Below are positions 49,059 through 58,803 of a stretch of DNA of 61,132 bases, in pieces. Each line of letters begins with the position of its first letter. Position 1 is the stretch's first letter. Below the pieces are notes generated by a model that had not been told where the DNA came from, made no database searches, and saw nothing but the letters and a program-made list of their open reading frames with translations. The translations under genes were made by a program, and so were the position numbers. Origin of the DNA: Candidatus Beckwithbacteria bacterium (GTDB taxonomy: Bacteria > Patescibacteriota > Microgenomatia > UBA1400 > UBA1449); NCBI GenBank assembly GCA_012798485.1, contig JAAZND010000102.1, forward strand, positions 1-61,132. The letters run 5' to 3'.

Positions 49059-49941
49059 CTACAATCGCAAAGATTTTCTTAAAGAAACTATTTATTCTAT
49101 CAGAAAAGAACTATTAAACTGCAATTTCAAAAGTGAAATTATTATAGTTGATGGCGGTTCTCAAGATGGAACTCTTAAGTGGCTTATTAAACAAAAAGAT
49201 ATAATTACTGTTGTGCAGCATAACCGAGGAACATGGCAAGGCAAAAAAATTGAAAAAAAAACATGGGGTTATTTTATGAATCTAGGATTTAAAATTGCTC
49301 AGGGAAAATATCTTCTTATGATTAGTGACGATTGTTTAATTGTTCCAAATGCTATTAACAATGGTGTTAAACTTTTTGAAGAAAAATTAAAACAGAAAGA
49401 AAAAATCGGCGGTATTGCTTTTTATTGGCGTAACTGGCCTGAAGACAAATATTATTTTGTCGGCAAAACTCTTGGGGATAAAATGGTTATCAATCATGGT
49501 TTATATTTAACCAAAGCTTTAAAAGAGGTTGATTATCTTGATGAAAAAATTATCAATTTTTATTATGGCGATGGTGATTTAAGTCTTAAAATCTTGAATG
49601 CTGGATATAAAATTATTGACTGTCCCACCTCATTTATTGAACATTGTTATCATTTAAATTTAAAATTGAGAAAAGGCAATGAACAAACCGAAAAAAATGA
49701 TTGGCAAAATTATATAAGTAAATGGAACAAAACTTTTTACAAAAATAAATTTAAAGGCAGTTGGCAAAAAATAGTTTTTGAAGATAGAGCTAAAACTTAT
49801 CGTAATTTTTTCAAAGCTTTTACTATCAAAAATTATTTTATTTATTTTATTTTAATCTTAAGAAAATATCTCAAAAATCATCATTACCCTTTGTACCAAA
49901 AAATGGAAAAATTCAATCCTTACAAAACTTCTTTAAAATAA
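49033..49941 (+). CDS. GT2 glycosyltransferase
   Basis: SYNR, VDGGSQDGT, MISDD, FYYGDGD; start 49033. Confidence 0.88.
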   Translation: MKLSVVLGSYNRKDFLKETIYSIRKELLNCNFKSEIIIVDGGSQDGTLKWLIKQKDIITVVQHNRGTWQGKKIEKKTWGYFMNLGFKIAQGKYLLMISDDCLIVPNAINNGVKLFEEKLKQKEKIGGIAFYWRNWPEDKYYFVGKTLGDKMVINHGLYLTKALKEVDYLDEKIINFYYGDGDLSLKILNAGYKIIDCPTSFIEHCYHLNLKLRKGNEQTEKNDWQNYISKWNKTFYKNKFKGSWQKIVFEDRAKTYRNFFKAFTIKNYFIYFILILRKYLKNHHYPLYQKMEKFNPYKTSLK

Positions 49942-50674
49942 TTCTAATCCAATAATAAATCACTTTATAAAAATTTTTTAAATAAGCAGCGTGATTAGCT
50001 AAAATAATTTTGATTAATAAACTGAAGCGCTTTTTATCAGAGTTTTTCAACATAGAAAGACGGCGAATTCTATAGAAAAATAAAGGCTCTTTAACCACCT
50101 CCCATTTATATCCTAAACAAGTCAGTTTAATCCATAGCTGCCAATCTTGATAGCCACTTAATTTTTCATCATATCCTGCTACTTTTTGCCACAGATTTTT
50201 ACGAAAAATTGAAGAGACATGAATTTGATTGCCAGCTAAAAGTCTTGGCAAATTGTAATCATATGGTTTTATTAATTTTTGCTCTTGTCCAAAAGTTTGG
50301 AAAAAACTTGTCACAAAAGCCAAATTAGAATTGTTATTTAAAATTTGATAAGTCTTTTGCAAATAGTCTACAGCTAATTTATCATCACTGTCCAAACAGC
50401 AGATAAATTTTCCAGAGGCTTTTTGAATTGCCTTATTTCTGGCTTTGGCAACGCCTTGATTTTCTTGATCAATAAATTGAATTTTATCTTTATATTTTGT
50501 TTTTAACTCTGATAATTTTTCTAGTGATTTTTTTTCGTTTGAGCCATCATTAACTAGAATAATTTCAAAATTGGCAAAAGTCTGGCTAAAGCAACTTTTG
50601 ATTGCTTCATCAATATATTGACCCAAATTATAATAAGTGATAATAATACTGATTTCTATCTTTTTATTTTTCAT
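49913..50674 (-). CDS. GT2 glycosyltransferase
   Basis: YNLGQYI, VNDGS, ARN, LDSDD, QDW, FFYR. Confidence 0.9.
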   Translation of the reverse strand: MKNKKIEISIIITYYNLGQYIDEAIKSCFSQTFANFEIILVNDGSNEKKSLEKLSELKTKYKDKIQFIDQENQGVAKARNKAIQKASGKFICCLDSDDKLAVDYLQKTYQILNNNSNLAFVTSFFQTFGQEQKLIKPYDYNLPRLLAGNQIHVSSIFRKNLWQKVAGYDEKLSGYQDWQLWIKLTCLGYKWEVVKEPLFFYRIRRLSMLKNSDKKRFSLLIKIILANHAAYLKNFYKVIYYWIRIILKKFCKD

Positions 50675-51716
50675 TTTGTAAAACTTCTAAATAAATCTGA
50701 TAAGTTTTTTCTGCCATTTTTTCCCATGAATAATTTTTAACATATAAAAAAGCCTTTTCACCAACAAAAGTTGCTTTTTTGAAATTTGTAAAAATCCAGA
50801 CAATTTTTTTTCTTAAATCATTAATTTTATTTGGCTCTACTAAAAAACCAGTTTTATTATTTTCGATCATATCAGGATTAGCTCCAACCTTTGTTGCTAA
50901 AACCGGCAATTTAAAACTCATCGCTTCCAGAATAGTTAAGGGAAAACCTTCAGACAATGATGGCAAAATAAATAAATCTGAATTTTTATATTCTTTTTCT
51001 AAATCAATGCCAATTTTTTTACCAAGGAAATTAATCATTTTATCTATTTTTAAAGTTTTACTTAAAGCCACTAAATTTTCTTTTTCTTGACCTTCACCTA
51101 TAATTCTTAATTCAAAAGCAAAAGGAAAATTATGCAAAGCTTTAAATAAAATCTCTAAACCTTTAATTTTTTCTAAACGTCCAACAAACAAAATAATCTT
51201 TTTATCATGATTAAATTGTTTGACAAAATCTTTTTTATCATTAACTCCATTGGAAATAACATAAATTTTATTATTGACATTTGGATATTGTAAAAAATTA
51301 GCTGCCACAGTAATCTGCGCATCATATTTAATTTGAGTTAAAAAATAATTTTCCAGAAAATAAATCAAGGTTTTTTTTCTTAAATTCATTTTGACTAAAT
51401 CAAGATTATTACAACCATGAATAGTATAAACAACCGGTTTTTTCAAAATTAAACTCAAAATTTTAGCTGGAATTGCTGGAGAGTAAGCATGGGCATGAAT
51501 AAGATCAAAAGGATTTTTTATATGATTATAAATAACTACTGGAATTATCCAAAAATTATAAAGCAAACGAGCAAAAAAAGAAGGAAAAGGCTGAGAAAAA
51601 ATCAAAATTTCGCAACTATAATTTTTCTTTAGATATTTAGTTAGATTTTTTATATGTACAATTCCACCACCAACATATACTCCTCCATACACATCAATAA
51701 GCATTGCAATTCTCAT
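50664..51716 (-). CDS. GT4 glycosyltransferase
   Basis: FVGRL..IKG, PSLSEGFPLTILEAM. Confidence 0.92.
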   Translation of the reverse strand: MRIAMLIDVYGGVYVGGGIVHIKNLTKYLKKNYSCEILIFSQPFPSFFARLLYNFWIIPVVIYNHIKNPFDLIHAHAYSPAIPAKILSLILKKPVVYTIHGCNNLDLVKMNLRKKTLIYFLENYFLTQIKYDAQITVAANFLQYPNVNNKIYVISNGVNDKKDFVKQFNHDKKIILFVGRLEKIKGLEILFKALHNFPFAFELRIIGEGQEKENLVALSKTLKIDKMINFLGKKIGIDLEKEYKNSDLFILPSLSEGFPLTILEAMSFKLPVLATKVGANPDMIENNKTGFLVEPNKINDLRKKIVWIFTNFKKATFVGEKAFLYVKNYSWEKMAEKTYQIYLEVLQNEK

Positions 51717-51732
51717 TTTATTTAAAAAATTG

Positions 51733-52884
51733 TTATGACAATTTTTTTACTATTTCTTTATAAACTTCTTCTGTATCTTGAGTTAATTTTTTCCAATCAA
51801 AATATTCAATATTTTTCATTCCATTCGTTTGTAATCTTTTATATTCTTTATCATTATTTAAAATTATTTTTGTTTGGTCTAAAAAATCATCAAAGTCATT
51901 TTTTTTAAAAACTAATCCTGAGTTTAACTGCTTTTGTAAATAAAGAGAGGTCGGAATATCACTGGCAATAAAGGGAGTTTGTAAAGCTGTTGCTTCTAGA
52001 AGAACAATTCCAAAACCCTCAACTAAAGAAGGATGTAAAAGCAATTTTGACTTTGCTATTTCTTCGTATAATTGCATTGATTTTATATTTTTCACGAATT
52101 CAACTTTTTTATTCAATCTTAACTTACCTGTTAAAAATATTAATTTTTTTTCTTCTGGACCTATTCCAATAATTTTCAGTTTTAACTTGGGAAATTTTTC
52201 TCTAATTTGATTAATTAAATTAATAGTCCAATCAACCCTTTTATAATTAATTAAACGCGAAACTACTATTATTTGATCTTCTTTTTTTATGAATTTAGAT
52301 TTATTAATCAGTTGTAAATCTACGCCACATGCAATAATCTTTATTTTATTCTTAGAAACTCTATTTTTTATCAATTTTTCTTTAACATATAAAGAAATGG
52401 TAATAAATTGATCCCAAGATAATTTTAAAAAAATAAACTCTCCTAACTCGCCAAAAAAACCTAAAAACAATCCAAATTGTTCTTGCCAACTACCTTTTAA
52501 AACATCAGGATACCATGCTACTTTAGGAATTCTTTTGAAAAAGCCAACAAAAAATGCAGGCAAAAAACAAATATAATTTGAGCCTTCAACTAAATCAATT
52601 CTTAATTGTAAACCCTTAAAAAAAGCCAAAAACTGAAAAATCAACCGATCTATTATCGAAAAAATGTTTGCTTCTGTCGATTGTATTTCTCTCCCAAGGC
52701 GATAAATTATCAAATTATCTTTTTGTTCAAATTTTAATTCCTCTTTTCTTCTTCGGCAAATCACAAATACTTGATTTTGTGATGATAAATATTTAGCTAT
52801 ATAAAAACATCTTGTTTCTACTCCGCCAGAAAAAATTTGTTTTTCAGGACTGGTGAAGAATTCTGTAATCAGGAGAATTTTCAT
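51733..52884 (-). CDS. GT4 glycosyltransferase
   Basis: GGVE, SRLINYKR, PSLVEGFGIVLLEA. Confidence 0.92.
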   Translation of the reverse strand: MKILLITEFFTSPEKQIFSGGVETRCFYIAKYLSSQNQVFVICRRRKEELKFEQKDNLIIYRLGREIQSTEANIFSIIDRLIFQFLAFFKGLQLRIDLVEGSNYICFLPAFFVGFFKRIPKVAWYPDVLKGSWQEQFGLFLGFFGELGEFIFLKLSWDQFITISLYVKEKLIKNRVSKNKIKIIACGVDLQLINKSKFIKKEDQIIVVSRLINYKRVDWTINLINQIREKFPKLKLKIIGIGPEEKKLIFLTGKLRLNKKVEFVKNIKSMQLYEEIAKSKLLLHPSLVEGFGIVLLEATALQTPFIASDIPTSLYLQKQLNSGLVFKKNDFDDFLDQTKIILNNDKEYKRLQTNGMKNIEYFDWKKLTQDTEEVYKEIVKKLS

Positions 52885-52957
52885 AGTTTTATTTTACCCG
52901 AAAATTCATTTTTCTGTTATTATATATTTATCAATCAAATAAAACCCTGTTAAAGCT

Positions 52958-53896
52958 ATGAAAACAGACATCTCTATCATCATTCCAGTCTATAATGAAG
53001 AAGGAAATATCAGTAAACTTTTTCAAAAAATTCAGGCAATTTTTGAAAAAATTGATAAAACATGGGAAATAATCTTTATTAACGATGGCAGTTCTGATAA
53101 AAGTGAAGCAGAAATTCTTAATCTTTCCAAAAATAATCCTCAAATTAAACTTATTTCTTTTGTCCGAAATTTTGGTCAAACAGCTGCTTGGTCTGCTGGT
53201 TTCGATTATGCTCAAGGCAAAATCTTAATTACTATGGATGCAGATTTACAAAATGATCCAGAAGACATCCCTATGATGCTTGAAATTATGGAGAAAGAAA
53301 AAGCTGATATTGTCAATGGCTGGAGGAAAAATCGCCAAGATCCATTTTTAAGATCAATTGTCTCTAAAATGGCTAATAAAATTATCAACTGGATGATGGA
53401 GTCAAACATCAAAGATTCCGGTTGTTCTCTTCGAATTATCAAAAAATCTGCTATTCAAGATTTAAAACTTTATGGTGAGATGCACCGTCTGCTGCCTTTT
53501 TTACTGGCTGGATACGGAGCTAAAACTATTCAAATTCCAGTTAAACATCACCCTCGCATTATTGGTAAATCAAAATATGGTTTTTCTCGTACTTTCAAGG
53601 TTTTGCTTGACATGATTACTATCAAATTTCTCATTTCTTATCAGACCAAACCAATATATATGTTTGGTCAAGTTGGTTTTGGTTTTCTAGTTTTGAGTGT
53701 GTTAACAGCCTTATTGGTCATTGTGAGAAGAATCTTTTTTAATGGAGCTTGGATTTCTCCTTTATTTTTTGTCATGTCCAATTTTTTTACCGTTGGAATT
53801 TTATGTGTGTTAATGGGACTTTTGGCTGAAATTCAAGTACGCTCATGGTTTGAAGGGACTGGTAAAAAACCTTATCTAATCAAAAAAATGTCTTAA
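52958..53896 (+). CDS. GT2 polyprenol-phosphate glycosyltransferase (ArnC-like)
   Basis: RNFGQTAA, MDADLQNDP, DSGC, LYGEMHR, SKYG, two C-terminal TM helices. Confidence 0.92.
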   Translation: MKTDISIIIPVYNEEGNISKLFQKIQAIFEKIDKTWEIIFINDGSSDKSEAEILNLSKNNPQIKLISFVRNFGQTAAWSAGFDYAQGKILITMDADLQNDPEDIPMMLEIMEKEKADIVNGWRKNRQDPFLRSIVSKMANKIINWMMESNIKDSGCSLRIIKKSAIQDLKLYGEMHRLLPFLLAGYGAKTIQIPVKHHPRIIGKSKYGFSRTFKVLLDMITIKFLISYQTKPIYMFGQVGFGFLVLSVLTALLVIVRRIFFNGAWISPLFFVMSNFFTVGILCVLMGLLAEIQVRSWFEGTGKKPYLIKKMS

Positions 53897-53913
53897 TTAT
53901 TTTCCAAACTTTT

Positions 53914-55818
53914 ATGTGTGGTATCACTGGCTTTGCAAACTTCAACAATCAATCTCCTGATCGCAAAATTATTCAAGATATGACTAATGCCATCATTCAT
54001 CGTGGTCCAGATGATGGGGGAACTGAAGTAAAACAAAATGTAGCTTTTGGGAATCGCAGACTTGCAATCATTGATTTGTCAAAAAATGGGCATATGCCCA
54101 TGTGGTCAACGGATAAAAATTTTCTCATTACTTATAATGGCGAAATCTATAATTTTTTAAGTTTGAAAAAACTATTACAGCAAAAAGGCTACAAATTTTT
54201 TTCTAATTCCGACACTGAAGTAATTTTAAATTTATACCAGGAATTTGGGCAAAAAAGTATCACAATGTTCAAAGGTATGTTTGTTTTTGCCATTTTTGAT
54301 TGTAAAAAACAAGAACTTTTTTTGGCTCGTGATCATTTTGGTATTAAACCTTTACATTACTTTCTTAATGATAAAATTTTTATTTTTGGTTCAGAAATAA
54401 AATCTATTTTACTCCACCCTGAAATAAAAAGAGAAATCAACCCAACTGCCATTTCTCATTATTTTTCTCTTGGTTTTGGTTGTATTGCTTCTCCAGAAAC
54501 AATTTTTAAAAATATTAAAAAATTACCTCCAGGACATTTTGCTATCTTAAAGAATAAAAAATTAAAAATTCAAAATTATTGGAATTTAGCAAATATTAAA
54601 CAACAGAAAATCGATTATAAAGAGGCAGCTGACAAAATAAAAAATTTGCTTGAAAACTCAGTCAAAGAGCAACTAGTTTCTGATGTTCCTCTTGGCTGTT
54701 TTTTATCAGGAGGGATTGATTCTTCTTTGATTAGCACTTTTACCTCGCAGCATACTAGTCATAAACTCAAAACTTTGTCAATTGGTTTTGAGGATAAAAA
54801 TTTTGACGAAAGTAGATATGCAGAGCAGGTAGCAAAACATTTGCAAACCGAACATTATCACAAATCTTTCAAAATCACAGAACTTTTGCAAACTTTACCC
54901 AAAGTTATAGAGAAACTCGATGAACCTTTTGCTGATGCCTCAATTTTACCTACTTTTCTTTTATCAGAATTTACCAAAGAAAATGTCACAGTTTCACTTT
55001 CCGGAGATGGTGGCGATGAAATTTTTGCCGGCTACCCTACTTATATTGCTCATCATTTTGCCAATATTTTTAATAAATTTCCATCATCTTTAAATAATAT
55101 TTTCAAAAACCTAGCTTATCTTTCTTCTGACTTTCTCAAAATTTTACCAGTAGCTTCTCATGCTCCCAGTTTATCGATGAAAATGAAAATTGATAAATTT
55201 ATTGATGGACTAGATAAAAATCCGGCAAAACAATATCTTAATTATATGGCTCCGCTTAATACAGATTTAAAAAATAGTTTAATTAAAAATCACAAAGAAA
55301 AAGCCTTAATTCATACCCAAAATTTATTAGATAAAGTCAAAAATTGGGATAAACAAAGCCAGTTGCAATATTTGGATTTCTATCTTTATATGATAGAAGA
55401 TTGTCTGGTCAAAACTGACCGAGCCAGTTCTTTTAATTCTTTGGAGGTCAGGCCGCCATTTTTAGATAAGGATTTAGTTGAATTTGCTTTTTCTCTGCCT
55501 GCAAATTATAAATTTGATCCAGTAAATTTAACACTTAAAAAAATTCTTAAAACTGCCACCAAAGATCTTTTGCCCCAAAATATTATTGATAGACCCAAAA
55601 AAGGTTTTGGTATTCCAACACATCTTTGGCTCAAAAATGAACTAAATCAAACTCTAAAAGATCTGAATAGTAAAGAAAGGATTGAAAAACAGGGTTTATT
55701 TAATTATCAATTTATCAAGGATAAAATTGAAGAACACGGAAATAATAAATATGATCATCGTTTATTTTTATGGAGCCTACTTATCTTCCAGCTTTGGTGG
55801 GATAAATGGATGAAATAA
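53914..55818 (+). CDS. asnB: Asparagine synthase (glutamine-hydrolysing) family amidotransferase, probably glycan-amidating
   Basis: MCGI, HRGPD, RLAIIDL, YNGEIYN, LSGGIDSS, SGDGGDE, KTDRAS, K.GF. Confidence 0.92.
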   Translation: MCGITGFANFNNQSPDRKIIQDMTNAIIHRGPDDGGTEVKQNVAFGNRRLAIIDLSKNGHMPMWSTDKNFLITYNGEIYNFLSLKKLLQQKGYKFFSNSDTEVILNLYQEFGQKSITMFKGMFVFAIFDCKKQELFLARDHFGIKPLHYFLNDKIFIFGSEIKSILLHPEIKREINPTAISHYFSLGFGCIASPETIFKNIKKLPPGHFAILKNKKLKIQNYWNLANIKQQKIDYKEAADKIKNLLENSVKEQLVSDVPLGCFLSGGIDSSLISTFTSQHTSHKLKTLSIGFEDKNFDESRYAEQVAKHLQTEHYHKSFKITELLQTLPKVIEKLDEPFADASILPTFLLSEFTKENVTVSLSGDGGDEIFAGYPTYIAHHFANIFNKFPSSLNNIFKNLAYLSSDFLKILPVASHAPSLSMKMKIDKFIDGLDKNPAKQYLNYMAPLNTDLKNSLIKNHKEKALIHTQNLLDKVKNWDKQSQLQYLDFYLYMIEDCLVKTDRASSFNSLEVRPPFLDKDLVEFAFSLPANYKFDPVNLTLKKILKTATKDLLPQNIIDRPKKGFGIPTHLWLKNELNQTLKDLNSKERIEKQGLFNYQFIKDKIEEHGNNKYDHRLFLWSLLIFQLWWDKWMK

Positions 55819-55822
55819 ATAT

Positions 55823-56751
55823 ATGAATAATCTTAAACTTTTAAAACAATTACTGCTTATTGGTCCAAGATGCGCAGACAAAGAAATTGTAGCTGTTAAA
55901 ATTATTGCCGATTATTTAGAAAGTTTAAAAATTACTTATAAACTTCAAACCTTTAACAGTTTTTTTCCTTTGTGTGAAAATAAAAGGTTAATTGTTGATC
56001 ATGAAGAAATCTCATGTCTAGGCAGTAGTTTAGTTAGCGGTACTATTCCCAATAATCAATTTCTGTTTAGCCATTTGGGATCTATTCCTGATAATCTGCC
56101 TTATAATCTTGCCTATAGTCCTCTGACAGACGAAATTAGTGTAGTCGATCATTTTGAAGTTCCCAGTTTAACCATTTCCAGAAATGATATCTTGAAAATT
56201 TTAATGGCAAAAGAGATTAAAGGTGAAATCAAAGTCAGAAAACAAAAATTTGACTCAGCCAATATTCTAGTTGGTAATTTAACTAAACCTAAAAATATTA
56301 TTTTTGCACATTTTGATTCTATTATCGGTCAAGGAGCTTCTGACAACGCTGCTGCTATTTTGGTTTTGGTAAACTTAATAACTCAAAATGTTAATATATT
56401 AACAAATTCATTGTTTGTTTTTTGTGGTAATGAAGAAATGTCTTATGATAGTTATAAAAAAAGCGGCTATGGTTTCAGGGTTTTTGAAAGTATATATAGT
56501 CAAATTTTAAAAAGTTGTCAAAAAGTCTATGTTTTAGATGGCTTAGGAATAACCGAGCCAGCTTTTAGCCAGAAAGGGTTAGATTGGGTTTTACAATTAA
56601 AAATGTTAAGTCAAATAGAACAAAAAATTTCTGGCTTCAGGGTGATCAAAATAAAGTTATGCAATTTTTTCACACTAAAAAAGATGTAGTAAAAAACCTA
56701 AGTAATAAATATCTAAAAGCTACGGAAATACTACTTAGAAATAGTTTATAA
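55823..56751 (+). pseudogene. M28-family Zn peptidase-like protein with a frameshift near 56628-56630
   Basis: AHFDS, GASDNAA, NEE, LD. Adding one T restores IFWLQGDQNKVMQFFHTKKD...LRNSL* (stop 56749-56751), which carries the last His ligand motif. Confidence 0.72.
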
Positions 56752-56782
56752 AAGTGGCGGGCTTTTAGCCCGCCACTTTTAT
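56748..56782. terminator. Bidirectional intrinsic terminator
   Basis: Perfect 16-bp inverted repeat ATAAAAGTGGCGGGCT-ttt-AGCCCGCCACTTTTAT between convergent genes. Confidence 0.88.
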
Positions 56783-56784
56783 TA

Positions 56785-57198
56785 TTAACTTGCCTTTACC
56801 TTAATTTTTTTAGGCTGAGTTTGTGGATGTTTGGCAAAGGTAATTTTCATAATCCCATTTTTACTCGTAGCTTCTGGTTCTTTGGTTGGATCTACTTCTA
56901 TAGGTAGCATAGTTTTGTATTGAAATGTCGTGGTAGCTGAACGATAATATTTTTTCTTTTTATCTTCTTCAGTTTCTTTCTTTTCTCCTTTAATCCAAAG
57001 CATCCCTTTATCAAAAGTAATTTCTACGTCTTCTGGATTTATACCTGGAACGGCAGCTTCTACATAAACATTTTTCTCATCTTCAGAAATTGATAATCCA
57101 CTTGGCATAGTACTTACAGCCATTTCTTCATCATCCCAATCAAACCATCGAAAAGCAGGCATATTCCAAAAATTTCTTAAAGCTAAATCTCTAGCCAT
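56785..57198 (-). CDS. Hsp20/alpha-crystallin small heat-shock protein
   Basis: VEAAVPGI, I.GEK, A..KNGIM.I..K; ATG at 57198 preceded by AAGGAGGTG. Confidence 0.92.
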   Translation of the reverse strand: MARDLALRNFWNMPAFRWFDWDDEEMAVSTMPSGLSISEDEKNVYVEAAVPGINPEDVEITFDKGMLWIKGEKKETEEDKKKKYYRSATTTFQYKTMLPIEVDPTKEPEATSKNGIMKITFAKHPQTQPKKIKVKAS

Positions 57199-57249
57199 AT
57201 TACTCACCTCCTTTCATTAATAAAAATATTATATTGTAAATTTTTTATT

Positions 57250-57276
57250 TTAGCAATATCACTTATTGATTGCTAA
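57250..57276. promoter_or_regulatory. CIRCE-like operator (HrcA site)
   Basis: TTAGCAATA-N9-GATTGCTAA versus consensus TTAGCACTC-N9-GAGTGCTAA, about 50 bp upstream of hsp20. Confidence 0.75.
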
Positions 57277-57347
57277 TTAATTTATTTTAAAATAAAAAGA
57301 TGAAAAAATAATGAAAAAACTCGTATTTTTTAAGATATAATTAACTT

Positions 57348-58046
57348 ATAATAATTTATCCAAAATGTAAAATATATTCGCTATTCAATAAAAAAAAGCA
57401 AAGACCAAATCTCTATTTGTCAGCATTGTAGTTATCAACAAAATTTCCAATTCCCAAAATATCAAAATTATCTTAAGCAAAAATATAATAAAAAAAGAAC
57501 AGAAGATAATGACCCTCTTTTAAAGAAAACCATTGAAATTTTAAAAATTAAAACAACAGATGTTGTCTTGGATTATGGCTGTAGAGCTGGAGATTACTTA
57601 AACGCTAGTAAAAAATATAGTCAAAATTTAATTGGAATAGATATAGATATTCAGCCCGCACAAAAACGCTATCCTCAAATCAAATTTATTAAACAAAAAG
57701 GAGAAAAAATAAAGCTTCAATCTAATTCAATTAATCAAATTATCTGTATAAATACAATTGAAAATATTTATGATTTTGAATTTTGTTTACAAGAATTTGT
57801 CAGAATTTTAAAACCCAATGGAAAACTATTTATAACTACCGCAGATCATAATTTTTTATTCTATTCCCTGATACTACTCATATTATTGAATGGAATAAAC
57901 AAGAATTTGAAAAACTAATTAGTAAATATTTTAAGATAAAAAAATCTTTTAGTTATGGCTCTTTTTTTAATCTTTATCCTTTAAATATGTTGCTTGTCAA
58001 AATTTTAAAACCGGAATTATGTATCCTGGCACAAAAATCATCTTAA
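57348..58046 (+). pseudogene. Degraded SAM-dependent methyltransferase (N-terminal CxxC)
   Basis: The LDYGC...RILKPNG frame stays open back to about 57355 with no ATG. The C-terminus (PDTTHIIEW...AQKSS*) lies in another frame after about 57865. Confidence 0.7.
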
Positions 58047-58310
58047 AATTTCAAAGCTTGCAAAATTTTTGATCTTAACTTCTTCTATTTTGAAATCCTG
58101 AACTTTAGCATTTCTTGGCCCTTGTTTAATTTTTACTAAAAATTCTTCAATATTTGGAGTATCGCCTTCAATTTCTAAATAAACACTTCCATTAATTTGA
58201 TTCTTAACAAATCCTGACAAATTGAATTTGGTAGCTAAAGATTTGACAAAAAAACGAAAACCAACTCCTTGAACCCTGCCAGTAATAGTAATATTAAGAT
58301 GCTTTTTCAT
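58038..58310 (-). CDS. acyP: Acylphosphatase
   Basis: GRVQGVGFR, GFVKN..NGSV, GP.NA.V. Confidence 0.93.
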   Translation of the reverse strand: MKKHLNITITGRVQGVGFRFFVKSLATKFNLSGFVKNQINGSVYLEIEGDTPNIEEFLVKIKQGPRNAKVQDFKIEEVKIKNFASFEILR

Positions 58311-58449
58311 TAGCTTTCTTTAAAAAATTATTATTTTTTACCAAAATTTTCTCTTTTATTTTCCCAGCAAATTGGTCGCGAGCAGATTTAAGAAACCATC
58401 TTGGAGTTCTAAAATTAAGTGAAAAAAAATGAGCTTTAAAATTTTTCAT
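58294..58449 (-). CDS. Possible 51-aa hypothetical protein (below the ORF-track cutoff)
   Basis: ATG at 58449, 2 nt after the upstream stop; open frame MKNFKAHF...ANEKAS* overlapping the acyP start. Confidence 0.35.
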   Translation of the reverse strand: MKNFKAHFFSLNFRTPRWFLKSARDQFAGKIKEKILVKNNNFLKKANEKAS

Positions 58450-58451
58450 TT

Positions 58452-58802
58452 TCACTTTTGTTTATTTTTCTCTTCCATGAGAGCAATCTCTCTTACTAAT
58501 TTAGAAATATCATGACGAACATTTTCCATATTTACATTAATTCTAAAAATTAAATAAAACAAAATCAATAAGGCGCAATATACTGCCAAGTCACTGCCTC
58601 TGCCAACCCCAACTAAATGAGCAAAATAAGTTAAAGAATCAGGATAAAAAATCACAAAAACTCCAGCCAGCCAAAAACCTGTCCAAAAAAGAAAATCTCC
58701 CAGTTTTACTGTATTTTCTTTAAATCTTAACCAGACTCTGGAAATCGGCCATAAAAAAGCAACAAAAAGTAAAATTTGGATTGGCAAATAATTAAAATTC
58801 AT
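58452..58802 (-). CDS. DUF2304-family small membrane protein
   Basis: Three TM helices, GVGRGSD, I.KLVREIAL; follows a DPM1-like GT2. Confidence 0.85.
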   Translation of the reverse strand: MNFNYLPIQILLFVAFLWPISRVWLRFKENTVKLGDFLFWTGFWLAGVFVIFYPDSLTYFAHLVGVGRGSDLAVYCALLILFYLIFRINVNMENVRHDISKLVREIALMEEKNKQK

Positions 58803-58803
58803 A

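Noticed and set aside
56748..56782. Hairpin as a mobile REP element
   Set aside because: Its position between convergent stops, with A/T tails on both sides, is fully explained by a bidirectional terminator
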